A DNA stretch of 64,000 nt from an uncultured Bacteroidota bacterium (GCA_963767125.1 CAVYDB010000047.1:2585-66584); one strand, 5' to 3'. Positions 1-11,188 are shown, numbered from the stretch's first letter. Program-made: numbers and translations. The notes: a model not told the origin generated them from the sequence alone.

Positions 1-234
1 CTATGCTTTCGGGTTTTTCGATGGGCATGGCTGGTGCTTCTTCACCATTTGCAATAGGCTCTGTAGCTTGTTTTATTTCTGCAGAAACCACTGTAGTCGC
101 TGCTTGTTGATCTAAAATTTTATAAACAATATCTTGCTTTTTCAAATGATCCGACCTTAGGGAGCTTCATTTCTTTAGCTATTTCCTTTAGCTGTAGTCA
201 GCGATTTGCCATTAAGTTCAAGAATGTCGTACAT
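1..234 (-). CDS. rho: Transcription termination factor Rho, N-terminal part (runs off window; two apparent +1 indels)
   Basis: Manual translation from ATG at 234, removing two extra bases, gives MYDILELNGKSLTQLKEIAKEMKLPKVDHLKKQDIVYKILDQQA, a typical Bacteroidetes Rho_N sequence. Confidence 0.8.
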
Positions 235-440
235 GTATTAATATTTAATAAAATAGATTGAGTACAAGACAAAGGGGAGAGAGAAAATACTTATATGAAA
301 ATAATATGTGTTTGGAAAAACGAGGGGGAAACGCACTGCAATATTAGTAATTATTTGTGAATTGCAATACAAACGGAAGTATTTTTTTATAAGAAGCACC
401 CGGGTAATACTATTTTTGCACATTCTGACAAAAACATTTA

Positions 441-1126
441 ATGCCCACCATTCTTAATATAGAAACTGCCACTCGGTTTGTTCAGCAGCCCTTTCCAAAG
501 ACGGGAAGATAATTGCGATGCAAGAATCTACCCAGCCCAATTTCATGCCGAAAAACTGGCTGTATTTATCAGGGATATTATGGAAATGGCAGTCCTCCCC
601 TACTCGCAATTAGATGCCATTGCTGTGGGAACCGGGCCTGGTTCATATACCGGGTTGCGTATTGGCACATCTACTGCTAAAGGACTTTGCTATGCCCTTA
701 ATAGGCCGCTATTGGCAATTCCTACCTTGAAAGCAATGGCACTTGCTGCTGCTGCCCAAGCTCAAAAGAAAGAGTATTTATTATTGCCCTATGATTGATG
801 CGCGAAGATTGGAAGTTTATACCGCCATGTATGATTTTGAGGGTAATGAAATAATTCCGGTAGAAGCTAAAGTTTTAGATACATCTTCTTTTTCAGACAT
901 ACTCAATAAAACTGAAATAGCTTTTATGGGAGATGGTATGCCAAAAATGAAGGAGCTATCGCCACTTGATGATAATCGAAGGATTTGGCTGGACGATATT
1001 TATGCTTCTGCACAAAATTTGGCGGAATTATCTGAACAAGCCTTTAAAGAAGGGAGGTTCGCCAATGTAGCCTATTATGAGCCCTTTTATTTAAAAGATT
1101 TTGTGGGAGGAAAGAAAATAACATGA
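441..1126 (+). CDS. tsaB: tRNA threonylcarbamoyladenosine biosynthesis protein TsaB (split by about 3 indels, probably sequence errors)
   Basis: MPTILNIETAT start at 441; HAEKL, GPGSYTGLRIG and CPMIDARRLEVY motifs are spread over ORFs 478-798 and 743-1126; C-terminal YEPFYLKDF. Confidence 0.9.
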
Positions 1127-1203
1127 ACTATTAATAAAGCTCCTGCACGTTTTCTTTTTTACTTTTGTTTTTTATACCCTTTCAAAAACTCAGCTATACT
1201 TAA

Positions 1204-3312
1204 ATGGGAATTCTGACAAATATTAAAAAATGGAAGTTACTCTTTTTGTTGATTTTACCCATCATTTATTTTATACTTGCCGGTACTTTTTTTGTGAACT
1301 GGAGGCCCTTTTACAGAATAGGCCCCGACCCTGTTTATACATATCTTTTTAATGGAATAACCATAGCGAGTGGCAAGATAGAAATTAGCTACGTTGACCA
1401 TCCTGGTATCCCGGTTCAATTCTTTGCAGGAATTGTTATCTATATTAAATACCTCTTTAGCCATAGCAGCGTTGTGCTTTATCAAGATGCATTAATGAAC
1501 CCCGAGAGCTATCTTTATGCCATTTGTGCTACAATAAGTGTTTTGTTTGTACTAATTACATTACTTACGGGGTTCTATGTTTTAAAATATACCGGAAACC
1601 TCGCCTTGGCCTTATTATTTCAACTTACACCATTTATTGGCAAAGACTATATAACGGCAGCATCGCCATCGCCGGAGTCCTTTATGCTCCTTATAGGCGT
1701 TTTTTTTGTAGCCTATATTTATTGCAATTCTATTTTTATAAAAGAACGACCGGGCGCTAAGATAAGTTTGCCGCGCATAGTAATTTATGGGGTTTTTACC
1801 GGTTTTCTTGTCGCATGCAAATACACCTGCTTCCCTTTTTTTATTCTTATTCTGTTCGTTTTACCTTCACTCCGGACAAGAATTCAATATACAGGCGCCT
1901 TTATTTTATTTTTCCTGCTTTTTATTTCCCCTGCTCTCCCGATATGGAGAAATATGATTCAATGGCTTTTCGGGCTTGCATCGCATAAGGGGATATATGG
2001 TTCCGGAGAAAAGGGTTTTATTGATATGAATGAGTTCTTTTTGAACTTGAAAAGTATTTTTACTGAAGATGGTTGGTTTACTTTTCTATATCTTTTATTG
2101 ACTGTTTCTTTAGTCATTGCATATATAAAACGTAAACGAACCTTGCCGGAAAATAAAATTTACCTGGGGCTACTTTCCGGGCTTTGGTTGTCTTCTTCAT
2201 TGCTTATATTCTTGGTTGCAAAACACTATTCATTTCATTATTTGATACCGATAAAATTATGTTTCCCGTTGATACTCGTTGGTTCTTATGGTGTGTGGAA
2301 AGATATTTTAAAAACCCCTCAAAATAATTTCCGTTACCTTATCTTCTTTTATTTCTTTCTTGGGTTTTTTATAATTAAGCATTTAGCCTCCTTTTTTCAA
2401 TATCTCCCCCAACCTGTTTCAGATGAAACACCTAACTTTCTGCACAGGTATTCCGACAAGCCATTAATTATTGCATCTGACTACAGGAGTTCCAGAATTG
2501 AGCCTGCACTTGATTTTGGGACAGCCTACTCCGGCAATTTTCATAACAAGTACTGGGAGTTTTTAAAAAAGATATATCCTAACTCCTACCTGGTTACTCC
2601 GGGACAAGTTGGAATTACTCACTGGGATGATATTTTTTATACCCCTGAATTATTTTCAAAATATCCTGAAATTGCTGTTTACTTTAATGACATGGATTCC
2701 AATTCAAGGAAATCGTTTCTAAATAGTATAATAAAATGGGGTAAGGATACTATTGCCCATTGTCAACTGGTGTATGCTCAGCAAGGGACCAATGAATATG
2801 TCTATAATATAGTAGGGAATCAAAATATTGCTAAATCTATAATGGATAATTATTCTGAGGTTGTTTTTGACTTTGAGAAGTTTACACCTGATAAATCAAA
2901 AATCATTTCTGATGATGGAAAATATACTCTTGATGTAAATAATAGTATAAGCAAAAAAGAACACCATAACCAGGGGAATAATTCAGTATTGTTAACCCCC
3001 AAAAATCAAAGTGGTATCAGTTTTCTCATAAAAGCTTTTCCGGGGAATATACTTGACGTAACCGTATGGAGAAAATCTGATGATGACAGGGGCTGTATTG
3101 TATTTTCCTCAAAAAACAGCAGCGATTTTTATACTTCAGGTGCAGCGGTAATGAAATATGACCCTGCGGGATGGAAACAGATAGAATACAAATGCAGGGT
3201 GCCGTCGACGATAAAGGACAGTGCTATTAAATTTTACTTATGGTATTATGGAACCGGACATGCATATTTTGATGACCTTTCGATAAAAACTTATCCTATA
3301 AAAATAGAGTAA
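1204..3312 (+). CDS. Multi-pass membrane protein, GT-C glycosyltransferase-like, with C-terminal periplasmic carbohydrate-binding-like domain
   Basis: About 11 hydrophobic segments; acidic first-loop motif (GPDP, DHPG); soluble beta-rich C-terminal ~150 aa ending YFDDLSIK. Confidence 0.55.
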   Translation: MGILTNIKKWKLLFLLILPIIYFILAGTFFVNWRPFYRIGPDPVYTYLFNGITIASGKIEISYVDHPGIPVQFFAGIVIYIKYLFSHSSVVLYQDALMNPESYLYAICATISVLFVLITLLTGFYVLKYTGNLALALLFQLTPFIGKDYITAASPSPESFMLLIGVFFVAYIYCNSIFIKERPGAKISLPRIVIYGVFTGFLVACKYTCFPFFILILFVLPSLRTRIQYTGAFILFFLLFISPALPIWRNMIQWLFGLASHKGIYGSGEKGFIDMNEFFLNLKSIFTEDGWFTFLYLLLTVSLVIAYIKRKRTLPENKIYLGLLSGLWLSSSLLIFLVAKHYSFHYLIPIKLCFPLILVGSYGVWKDILKTPQNNFRYLIFFYFFLGFFIIKHLASFFQYLPQPVSDETPNFLHRYSDKPLIIASDYRSSRIEPALDFGTAYSGNFHNKYWEFLKKIYPNSYLVTPGQVGITHWDDIFYTPELFSKYPEIAVYFNDMDSNSRKSFLNSIIKWGKDTIAHCQLVYAQQGTNEYVYNIVGNQNIAKSIMDNYSEVVFDFEKFTPDKSKIISDDGKYTLDVNNSISKKEHHNQGNNSVLLTPKNQSGISFLIKAFPGNILDVTVWRKSDDDRGCIVFSSKNSSDFYTSGAAVMKYDPAGWKQIEYKCRVPSTIKDSAIKFYLWYYGTGHAYFDDLSIKTYPIKIE

Positions 3313-3341
3313 TTACATTGCTCCCCATCCCGTAGCCCTGT

Positions 3342-4973
3342 TTATTTTCTATGAATTATATAAATGTTCCTTTCCTCATAAGGGAAATAGTTAGTATATG
3401 AAAATTTCTTTATTTTTTGGTATCCGGCAATATCCCCGAAAGAGACAATAAATTCATCATCATCCACAAACCACCAGCTTTTATTTTTCCTGTAAGGAAA
3501 AGGGGTGTCTAATACCCATCCGTTAAATTCATAGCCCCCGTCAATCCGGTGTGCAGATATATTACTGTCTTTTGTAAGATAGTTAAGGGCCTGCCACCGG
3601 GCCTTATTCCATGCAAGATAGTCGTGTGTGGCCAATGAACTGAAGGAGGCAAGGAGGAATATATAAAACCCGGAAAAAATTAAAAAAACCGTACCTGTTT
3701 TCCAGCTTCTTTCATGCCATGTTATCACAATGAGAAGAATAAAAATAATGCAGGGAAGAAGGTACCGGTCGAAAAAGAAATCGGGCACAAACATTAATAA
3801 TGCATAGCCGGCTGCACATAACAATATGTACAAGCGTTTTAAAGGTGATGCCGATATATCCTCCATTTTATCCGCTTTCAAAAACCTTACAAAAGTGGTG
3901 GCAATGCTTAATAACAGAAATACGGACCCAATAAGACCAACGGTTGATAAAAAAATCTTTACCCCAACGGAAATACTATCGGCATCATTTTTAAACAAAA
4001 ACGTGGTGTCTTTTAAGGTTTTAGGACCGAGATACCCGGTATTGATAATATTTCCCGAGGGAAACCTGCCCCAGCCATTCAGCAGAAAGGGAGTGCAAAA
4101 CAATATAAAAATCCAGCTTATTAGTTTCTGTCGGGGGAGCAATGTACGGAATGAATTTATTCCTGTAAAAAGTGACAGGGGAAAGAGAAAAATGCCTACG
4201 TAATAAAGCAGGATACCGCCTCTTTCAAAAATTTGTCCCGCTATAATAGTCGGGCTGCTGAAAAAAGAAGTAAGGGGCTTATCCTCGTATGGATGTAATT
4301 CAGAACCTATATGCGTGAGCCAAGCGAGCATTAACTGCACTGCAAGCACTGCAATAATGCCGGGAATACTATATTTCAGCCATTCAAATACGCCCCGTTT
4401 ACCTTTCATAATAAGGGTCAGGGAGTATGCAATTGGAATTACAATTCCAAATTGCCTGATAAATGAAGCTATAACAGAAAAGGCAACGGCCGTAATTACA
4501 TATTTTATCCCTGGAGAATCAAATGACTTTATAAAGAAATAAATAGCTGCCAGTGAAAAAACAAGAAAAGGGACATCCGTCATAAACGTATTTGACAGGG
4601 AGAAAAACAAGGGATTAGCCAGCAACAGCATAGAGCAGATAGTAGCCAATTTCTTATCGCGGGTGATATTAAACGATAGAAGATAAAATAAAATGGTTCC
4701 GGCAATGCCAAGTACAATAACGGAAATTCTAAGTGCATTAAATGAGAACCCAAACGGCAAACAGAATAAAGTACCCCATAAAACCTGCGCTACAAGGATA
4801 GGCGAGTATTGGTCCGGGGTGTAATAGAACCCGTTTTTAATCATTGATAAAACTACCCGGGAATACATCCAGTCATCATTTAGCGGAAAGCTACCAAAAG
4901 GGTTAACAACAAGAACCATAAGCACCCAAACCAAACATATTAAAATTATGGGAAACAAGTGCTCCTTTTTCAT
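3342..4973 (-). CDS. ArnT/PMT-like (GT39/GT83-type) membrane glycosyltransferase
   Basis: LNDDWMY first-loop DD motif, FMTDVPF, IRQFG, DRYLLP; many TM helices. Confidence 0.7.
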   Translation of the reverse strand: MKKEHLFPIILICLVWVLMVLVVNPFGSFPLNDDWMYSRVVLSMIKNGFYYTPDQYSPILVAQVLWGTLFCLPFGFSFNALRISVIVLGIAGTILFYLLSFNITRDKKLATICSMLLLANPLFFSLSNTFMTDVPFLVFSLAAIYFFIKSFDSPGIKYVITAVAFSVIASFIRQFGIVIPIAYSLTLIMKGKRGVFEWLKYSIPGIIAVLAVQLMLAWLTHIGSELHPYEDKPLTSFFSSPTIIAGQIFERGGILLYYVGIFLFPLSLFTGINSFRTLLPRQKLISWIFILFCTPFLLNGWGRFPSGNIINTGYLGPKTLKDTTFLFKNDADSISVGVKIFLSTVGLIGSVFLLLSIATTFVRFLKADKMEDISASPLKRLYILLCAAGYALLMFVPDFFFDRYLLPCIIFILLIVITWHERSWKTGTVFLIFSGFYIFLLASFSSLATHDYLAWNKARWQALNYLTKDSNISAHRIDGGYEFNGWVLDTPFPYRKNKSWWFVDDDEFIVSFGDIAGYQKIKKFSYTNYFPYEERNIYIIHRK

Positions 4974-5058
4974 GGGTACAATATTACTGAATAAAAGTAT
5001 ATTTTTTTGTATATCAATACTTTCGTTAGATTGTTAAAATATTCCCCCTATACATAAT

Positions 5059-6420
5059 TTATTCTTTTTTAGTTATTTTTTTTTCAGATAAATAAGCTGA
5101 CGTAAAGCTCTCTGCCACCAAAATGGCTGCAAATGGAATTAACCATATTATTCTATCCTGAAACCTGGTGTCAACACCTGAAAATGTAGAGCAAATAAGC
5201 GCATTAAGATAGCTACAGACTAATATAATTATAACCAACCATTTCAACCGGGTATCTACTCTTGAAAAAAGAGCAGAAGTAAAAACAATACAGATAAGGA
5301 AGGCAAGGCTTATCAAAACCAAAATGCGCTGTATTTCACTGGTGGCAGAAAAGCTAAAATGATTCCCGCTTTGGCGGGAGGAATCATACGCCCTGATATA
5401 TTCGGGAAAGCAATGAGATACCTGGGTCAGCGGAGCCGATTTATCAACCATGGGGGTATAGTCAAAAATATCGAAGTTGAAATATTGTATAAGTGAATAT
5501 TCAATTGATTGGAGTGCCACATCTTTGGCATATTTAGGGGTAGTAATTATATCAAAAATAATCTTATTATAGTCATCCTTTGTTGCATCCCATCCTCCCA
5601 TTTTTACTAATGGGCTATCGTCCCGCCAAATAAAATCCCATCCTAATTGATCTTTGTACTGACAAAGTTTATAATTCTTTTTGCCACATTCATCATTCAA
5701 ATATTCTTCCAATATCCCGGTTTCCAAAAGATGGTTAATCATAAAAACATGCGAACCCCTTGATAATACAAACTGTTTGCAAAAAGCATAGTTTACGGAA
5801 GGAGCAATAATAAAAACGCTGAGGATGGCAACCGAGGCACCAATCATTCGATTTCTTTTGATTGAAACAGTTTGTTTTTTTAGCTTCTTATAGAGCATGT
5901 AAAAGAGTATAAGAATAGATAATACCACCATTACCATAAGATTGGAAAAATGCACCAATAAACTGAAAATAAAAATACAGAATAGTATAACCCTTTGTAC
6001 CTTGCTTAGCTTATTATTAAATAATAAATTAATGAAACATAAAATAGCTACAGGACTAAATATATCAGGGATTAATATACTAACGTTGTGTGATAACCCG
6101 GTAAATAGAGTCAAAAATACCAGTGAAAAAAGAAAGAGAAAATTTCTTCTTGTTCCTGCGTAAAACATGGTGAAAGTGATGAAGACAACATAGGAGACAA
6201 TGAGCCCCTGGGCAAAAATAACAAGCCAAAGGGAAGTCCATAAGCTTACATGCCGCACAAATAAACCATAAAATATGGGTCGGTCATAGGGAACAAAATA
6301 ATTAAAACCGGAAGCAATGTATGTCCCTGTGTCAGAATACACGAGTGGAAACTTATTTAAAAAAGCTATAAAGCAAACAATTATCGCCCCAAATAAGATT
6401 AATAAGACTCTTTCTTTCAT
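5059..6420 (-). CDS. Multi-pass membrane protein, GT-C-like
   Basis: YSDTGTY, DRPIFYG and PDIF motifs; many hydrophobic segments. Confidence 0.5.
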   Translation of the reverse strand: MKERVLLILFGAIIVCFIAFLNKFPLVYSDTGTYIASGFNYFVPYDRPIFYGLFVRHVSLWTSLWLVIFAQGLIVSYVVFITFTMFYAGTRRNFLFLFSLVFLTLFTGLSHNVSILIPDIFSPVAILCFINLLFNNKLSKVQRVILFCIFIFSLLVHFSNLMVMVVLSILILFYMLYKKLKKQTVSIKRNRMIGASVAILSVFIIAPSVNYAFCKQFVLSRGSHVFMINHLLETGILEEYLNDECGKKNYKLCQYKDQLGWDFIWRDDSPLVKMGGWDATKDDYNKIIFDIITTPKYAKDVALQSIEYSLIQYFNFDIFDYTPMVDKSAPLTQVSHCFPEYIRAYDSSRQSGNHFSFSATSEIQRILVLISLAFLICIVFTSALFSRVDTRLKWLVIIILVCSYLNALICSTFSGVDTRFQDRIIWLIPFAAILVAESFTSAYLSEKKITKKE

Positions 6421-6536
6421 GGAAATTACTAAAGTATATCATTTATAATAATGTGGTAAAAATAGAAATAAAAAGGACCTCGCAAACCTGATTTCTTTCA
6501 AGGCTAAAGGTTGCCTTTAAATAAAATGATATTTTT

Positions 6537-8033
6537 GTGGGTTTCACGTATTTAGTAAGATTAATGATACAGCTAAAATCAGTGCCCGGAAATAAAACTA
6601 TTGCCTGGGTAATTTTGTCAATCCTGTTTATCTATGCTTGTATTATTTTACTTTTATCTTCGGGCACTTATGATGCCGGTGACGGTGTAACTCATTACCT
6701 TATTTCCCGTTATTCATGGCAACACCCTTATCTGTTTATGGATGATTGGGGGAAGCCTTTTTTCACCATTATTTCTTCCCCTTTTGCTCAATTTGGGTTG
6801 AAAGGCATTACTTTTTTTAACATTTTATGCGGGCTTTCAGCATCATATCTGGCATTTCTAATTGCGGAAAAACTTACTATTCCATTCCCTTACCTTGCAA
6901 TAATTTTCACCTTCTCTGCCCCTATTTATTTTTCGGTGGTTAACTCAGGTCTAACGGAGCCCCTGTTCTCATTGATGCTAATGTTATGTATCTGGTTAAT
7001 ATTAAATAAAAGGTATTATCTAAGCGCCATTATTTTTTCATTTCTGCCGTATGTTAGACCCGAGTATGTTTTTTTGCTACCCATATTTATGTTCTATTAT
7101 GTACTGAAAAAAAAATACCTGGCAAATTTTTTGCTTCCGGCAGGAACCATTATAATAAGCGTAACCGGGTTCTTTCACTACAAGAGCTTCTTTTGGTTAA
7201 TCAACCAAAACCCCTATTCCCAGTCTCATTCGCAAACCTATGGCAGTGTACATGGTGATTTGTTAAGTTATATAGGACAATACCACGATATTACGGGCGT
7301 GGCACTTCTAATACTCATTATTTCAGGGATTCTTTGGTTTGCAGGAGCAGAGTATTTCAAAAAAAGTGTTTCTGACGGAGCAGAAACCAATTACTTTTTT
7401 GAAGAAACTTTTTTAATCTTCGGGGGGTTTGTAGCTCTTTTATCAGGTCATACACTGGTTTGGGCCACAGGCATATTTCCTACCCTGGGATTGTCGCGGT
7501 ACATGGCTCCTCTGATACCGCTTGCAGCTATTATAGCTTTGCGCGGGTTACAGGTTATTAACCTGGTTCCCGATTACTTGAAACTAAACCGGTTAAAAAC
7601 TATGATTGCAGCCATTTTTACTCTTCTTATTTTATATTCACCTTATACTTTATGGTACAAAATACCATTTACACTTGGACCTGAAGATGTGGTTATTAAA
7701 AAGGCTGCCGATTGGCTAAAGCAAACTTCTAATGCAGATAAAAAGCTGTTTTATGAAGCTCCTTATGTTACTATATGTCTTGATATTGATCGTTTTAACA
7801 TGGATAAAAGTACCGGATTCGGAGCATTAAATTCAAATCACCCTGACCAAAATATGCCTCGTGGGAGTATTATGATTTGGGATAGCCATTTTGGTCTCAA
7901 TGAGGGCAAAATAGGGCTGGATACTTTAATGAAAGATACTAATTTAACTCTACTCCGAAAATTCGACCCCGATGAAAAATTCACCGTAATTGGCGGGATG
8001 GATTATGGGATATGGATTTTCCAAAAGAAATAG
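6537..8033 (+). CDS. Multi-pass membrane protein, GT-C-like
   Basis: DAGDGVTHY, TEPLF, VRPE and RY motifs; many TM helices; soluble C-terminus. Confidence 0.55.
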   Translation: MGFTYLVRLMIQLKSVPGNKTIAWVILSILFIYACIILLLSSGTYDAGDGVTHYLISRYSWQHPYLFMDDWGKPFFTIISSPFAQFGLKGITFFNILCGLSASYLAFLIAEKLTIPFPYLAIIFTFSAPIYFSVVNSGLTEPLFSLMLMLCIWLILNKRYYLSAIIFSFLPYVRPEYVFLLPIFMFYYVLKKKYLANFLLPAGTIIISVTGFFHYKSFFWLINQNPYSQSHSQTYGSVHGDLLSYIGQYHDITGVALLILIISGILWFAGAEYFKKSVSDGAETNYFFEETFLIFGGFVALLSGHTLVWATGIFPTLGLSRYMAPLIPLAAIIALRGLQVINLVPDYLKLNRLKTMIAAIFTLLILYSPYTLWYKIPFTLGPEDVVIKKAADWLKQTSNADKKLFYEAPYVTICLDIDRFNMDKSTGFGALNSNHPDQNMPRGSIMIWDSHFGLNEGKIGLDTLMKDTNLTLLRKFDPDEKFTVIGGMDYGIWIFQKK

Positions 8034-8042
8034 AAATATTTT

Positions 8043-9854
8043 TTATTTTGGCTTTTCAAAGGTCACGGACATATCATCAATGTAAACAATGCCTTTTGTA
8101 TTGTAAACATATACCTGTAATTGATCAAGTGAATCTTTAAAAGCCGGCAATTCATATACAGTATATGCCTGCTGCCATTCATTTTTGTGAAAGGCAAACC
8201 CCTGCAAATTCCTGGATTTCCAATAGTATGAATCACCGTTTGAAGGTTTTACACTTACCACAAGAGAGGCATCATTATTAAAGTCGGGCATATATACCCA
8301 GAGCTTTACAAAAATAAATAGCGGGTGAATATTCGGAATTTCAGAGGCCTTTAATAAAAAAGTGGGAGAAAATTGAAATTTATCGTTTACAAACGCTGAA
8401 TGGGTTCCACTACGGAAGTATGCGGAAGTAATATTTTGGTCGTGCCCCCAGGTATTCTCTTCAAAGTTATTTAAAGAACCTGGAAAACCGGACGAACTAA
8501 AGCCCACAGTATCAGGGTTATCGAAAATACCAACATAACTCCTGTCATTTTTAAGAAATATTTTCCAGTATTTTTCCTTATTCATATCTTCATAGGGAAG
8601 AATAGCGCCATAATATTGCCAGGTTTGAAAAAGATTAAGCCCAACACATAAAAAACAAAGAAGGATACCGGCTAACTTAAACGATAGCGAACCTAAAGAA
8701 TTGAGACATATAGCTAGTAAAAGGGCAAATGCAGAATAAAAATCAATATAGGCACGTAGGCCAAAAGAACCGCCATACCACCATGACCACCAACTGGAGA
8801 GAATATACGTTACTACGAGGAAAAAAAATAAAGCATTGAAAAAACGGAAACGGTTTTGCCGGAATAATACAATCAACCCGCCGAATGTTGCAATAAACAT
8901 AAGCGGGGTATAAACAAACCACCCTTTTCTATAACTAAATAAAATATTAAAAATGCGGGGCTTTCTGAAATTAAAACTTTCACCCGGATAGCTCCATACA
9001 AAGAAATGCCCGGTCTGTAGGTACCAAAGCGAAAATAAAACAAGCAAAAAACCTGCCGGAATTAACAAAAGTATATAGTTTTTTTTATGTTGAAAAAAAT
9101 CAACTATGAACCTGGAAGCGGCTTTTGAACTTCCTGCTATAAAAGGAATAAAAGCAAGGCTAAGCAGATTGGTAGGACGGATTAAAATCAGCATACTTAA
9201 AAGTATTACCATAAATGCAAGGTTCTTGAACTTATAATCATCCAGGTATTTTTTCGTAAAGAAAAAGAATGCCGCCATCAATGCAAAAGAATAAACATGA
9301 GACATAGAAGGCTCTATAACAGCATAATAGTATAGGTTAGTGCCAAAGACAATGAATAATAACACGAATCCGGTTATTACCTCTGAAATAGCAAATTCTT
9401 TCAGTAACTTACGAAGGTACACCAGGGCTACAGCAAGGTAGAATAATGCCCCTATACTAACAGATGCCTGGAATAGGAATTCATATCCGCCCGTACCATA
9501 TCCTGATAAATAGCTCAATAAGTATGCTATGAGGAAAAATGGCAGAAGCAAAATAGCCACGCCGGGAAAGTATTTATCAACGGTTTTATTATCGAAAACA
9601 ATGGAAGTAGGACTGTATGCAGCCGGGCGAGCCTTTTGTTCTTCCTTTAATACCCTATCGTAGTCGAATTTATGATAGATAAAAATGCAAGGCAAATAGG
9701 CATAATATCCATACCCGTCAGATTGAATAGTATCTTTCCAACGTTGCCCATCATAGCCTTTCCATCGTTGTTTAAAGATATGAAACAGGCATAGTGCCAG
9801 TATTAGAAAAATAATAACAGATGAAAATTTCTTCATATTAATATGGTTTGCCAC
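8043..9854 (-). CDS. GT-C-like membrane glycosyltransferase with C-terminal carbohydrate-binding-like domain
   Basis: SDGYGYY, RPTN and WWYGGSFGLR motifs; soluble C-terminal domain ending YIDDMSV. Confidence 0.6.
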   Translation of the reverse strand: MANHINMKKFSSVIIFLILALCLFHIFKQRWKGYDGQRWKDTIQSDGYGYYAYLPCIFIYHKFDYDRVLKEEQKARPAAYSPTSIVFDNKTVDKYFPGVAILLLPFFLIAYLLSYLSGYGTGGYEFLFQASVSIGALFYLAVALVYLRKLLKEFAISEVITGFVLLFIVFGTNLYYYAVIEPSMSHVYSFALMAAFFFFTKKYLDDYKFKNLAFMVILLSMLILIRPTNLLSLAFIPFIAGSSKAASRFIVDFFQHKKNYILLLIPAGFLLVLFSLWYLQTGHFFVWSYPGESFNFRKPRIFNILFSYRKGWFVYTPLMFIATFGGLIVLFRQNRFRFFNALFFFLVVTYILSSWWSWWYGGSFGLRAYIDFYSAFALLLAICLNSLGSLSFKLAGILLCFLCVGLNLFQTWQYYGAILPYEDMNKEKYWKIFLKNDRSYVGIFDNPDTVGFSSSGFPGSLNNFEENTWGHDQNITSAYFRSGTHSAFVNDKFQFSPTFLLKASEIPNIHPLFIFVKLWVYMPDFNNDASLVVSVKPSNGDSYYWKSRNLQGFAFHKNEWQQAYTVYELPAFKDSLDQLQVYVYNTKGIVYIDDMSVTFEKPK

Positions 9855-10026
9855 TTAAAACAGCGCTTTCCCAAAGGATAAAAATTACTTTATTTTTTTC
9901 TGAAGTTGCGGCAAATATAAGGAACATATAAAATATTGTTTAAAATGAAATGCAATTTCTCCCTATTCATAGCTGCCATATTTTATTACAGTATAAATGT
10001 GTATCATTCTTTTATACAAGAATACT

Positions 10027-10034
10027 TATATTTG
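10027..10034 (+). promoter_or_regulatory. Bacteroidetes housekeeping -7 promoter element TATATTTG
   Basis: Matches TAnnTTTG upstream of the gene at 10123. Confidence 0.6.
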
Positions 10035-10122
10035 CGAACATGGGTTTAAAGTTTTCTATAGTCAATTTTAATATCAAATACTCTCCTGCATAATTAAAAA
10101 ATCAAATTCTTATCATTTAACG

Positions 10123-11130
10123 ATGAAACTTAAAAATAGTATTGCAATCCTGGTAACCTCAATGTTAATTTGTAACTCCTGTAGCAACGATTTAAAAATC
10201 CTGGCTCCCTATAAAAACATTACTGTCGTTTATGGCTTAGTTGACCAAAATGACCCCATCCATTACATAAGAATTAATAAAGCCTTTGAAGGACCGGGGA
10301 ATGCATACACAATGGCCCAGCAATACGATTCTATTTATTACCCGGTAAGTGCTATCACTGCTATATTACAAGATTCAAGCACCACTACCAATACCATTGT
10401 AAATACCTATACGCTTGCCACTACTGATACGATACCTTTAGGTGCGGGTACGTTTTCATATCCCAAGCAATTGCTTTATTACACTAATGCAACTTTAAAT
10501 CCGAATGATTACTATAATTTAATAGTGATAAACAACAAATCAGGTCAAAGACTAACCGGATCTACCGCCCTCCTGCCCGATGCCAGTTTTCTCAACGGTT
10601 TTGGGAGTAACCCGGACCTCTACCTCTCATTTTCCAATGCATTTCCCAGCACCATTAGTTGGACCACAACCCAAAATGCAAGAATTTATCAAATGACTAT
10701 CCGGTTTTATTACGATGAATTATACCAAAGTACACGTACACCTAAATCCCTCGATTGGATATTTGGGGCGCTTACTTCTCCTACCCTATCAGGAGGTACT
10801 GCCTTAGAATATTCTCTTACTGCCCAACAATTATTTTCGTTGATTGCCTATTCCATTAGTCCTGAATCCGGGGTAACGAGAATGCAGGATTCCGTGGGCA
10901 TTATTTTTACCAGTGGTTCAGATGACCTTAATACCTACGTTCAATTAAGTCAGCCTCCCCTGGGAATAAACCAGGACATTCCTTCTTACACCGATTTAAA
11001 AAATGGGGTGGGATTATATACCTGCCGACATATTCAAACTTTAACTAAGCAGCTTAGCCCTAATAACCTTGATTCATTAGAGGTAGGTTCTCAAACCGGA
11101 AACCTTGGCTTTATACCGTACCATCAATAA
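10123..11130 (+). CDS. Outer-membrane lipoprotein, DUF4249-like
   Basis: Lipobox CNSC; VVYGLVDQND...YIRINKAF; C-terminal YTDLKNGVGLY. Confidence 0.65.
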   Translation: MKLKNSIAILVTSMLICNSCSNDLKILAPYKNITVVYGLVDQNDPIHYIRINKAFEGPGNAYTMAQQYDSIYYPVSAITAILQDSSTTTNTIVNTYTLATTDTIPLGAGTFSYPKQLLYYTNATLNPNDYYNLIVINNKSGQRLTGSTALLPDASFLNGFGSNPDLYLSFSNAFPSTISWTTTQNARIYQMTIRFYYDELYQSTRTPKSLDWIFGALTSPTLSGGTALEYSLTAQQLFSLIAYSISPESGVTRMQDSVGIIFTSGSDDLNTYVQLSQPPLGINQDIPSYTDLKNGVGLYTCRHIQTLTKQLSPNNLDSLEVGSQTGNLGFIPYHQ

Positions 11131-11188
11131 TAACCTATTTATAGTTTTTACGTAGAAGTTAAAAAAATCGCAGAAAAACTACCATTAC

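Noticed and set aside
238-423. Short ORF here and the many other 60-160 aa ORFs antisense or out of frame to recognised genes
   Set aside because: Shadow ORFs with no motifs, overlapping well-supported genes or promoter regions
1-1126. rho and tsaB as true pseudogenes
   Set aside because: The protein sequences are otherwise well conserved and the indels cluster at the window edge; sequence error is more likely
5361-5385. GATTCCCGCTTTGGCGGGAGGAATC hairpin resembling ATTCCC-N8-GGGAAT repeats
   Set aside because: Single imperfect copy inside a coding region; no evidence that it is an insertion
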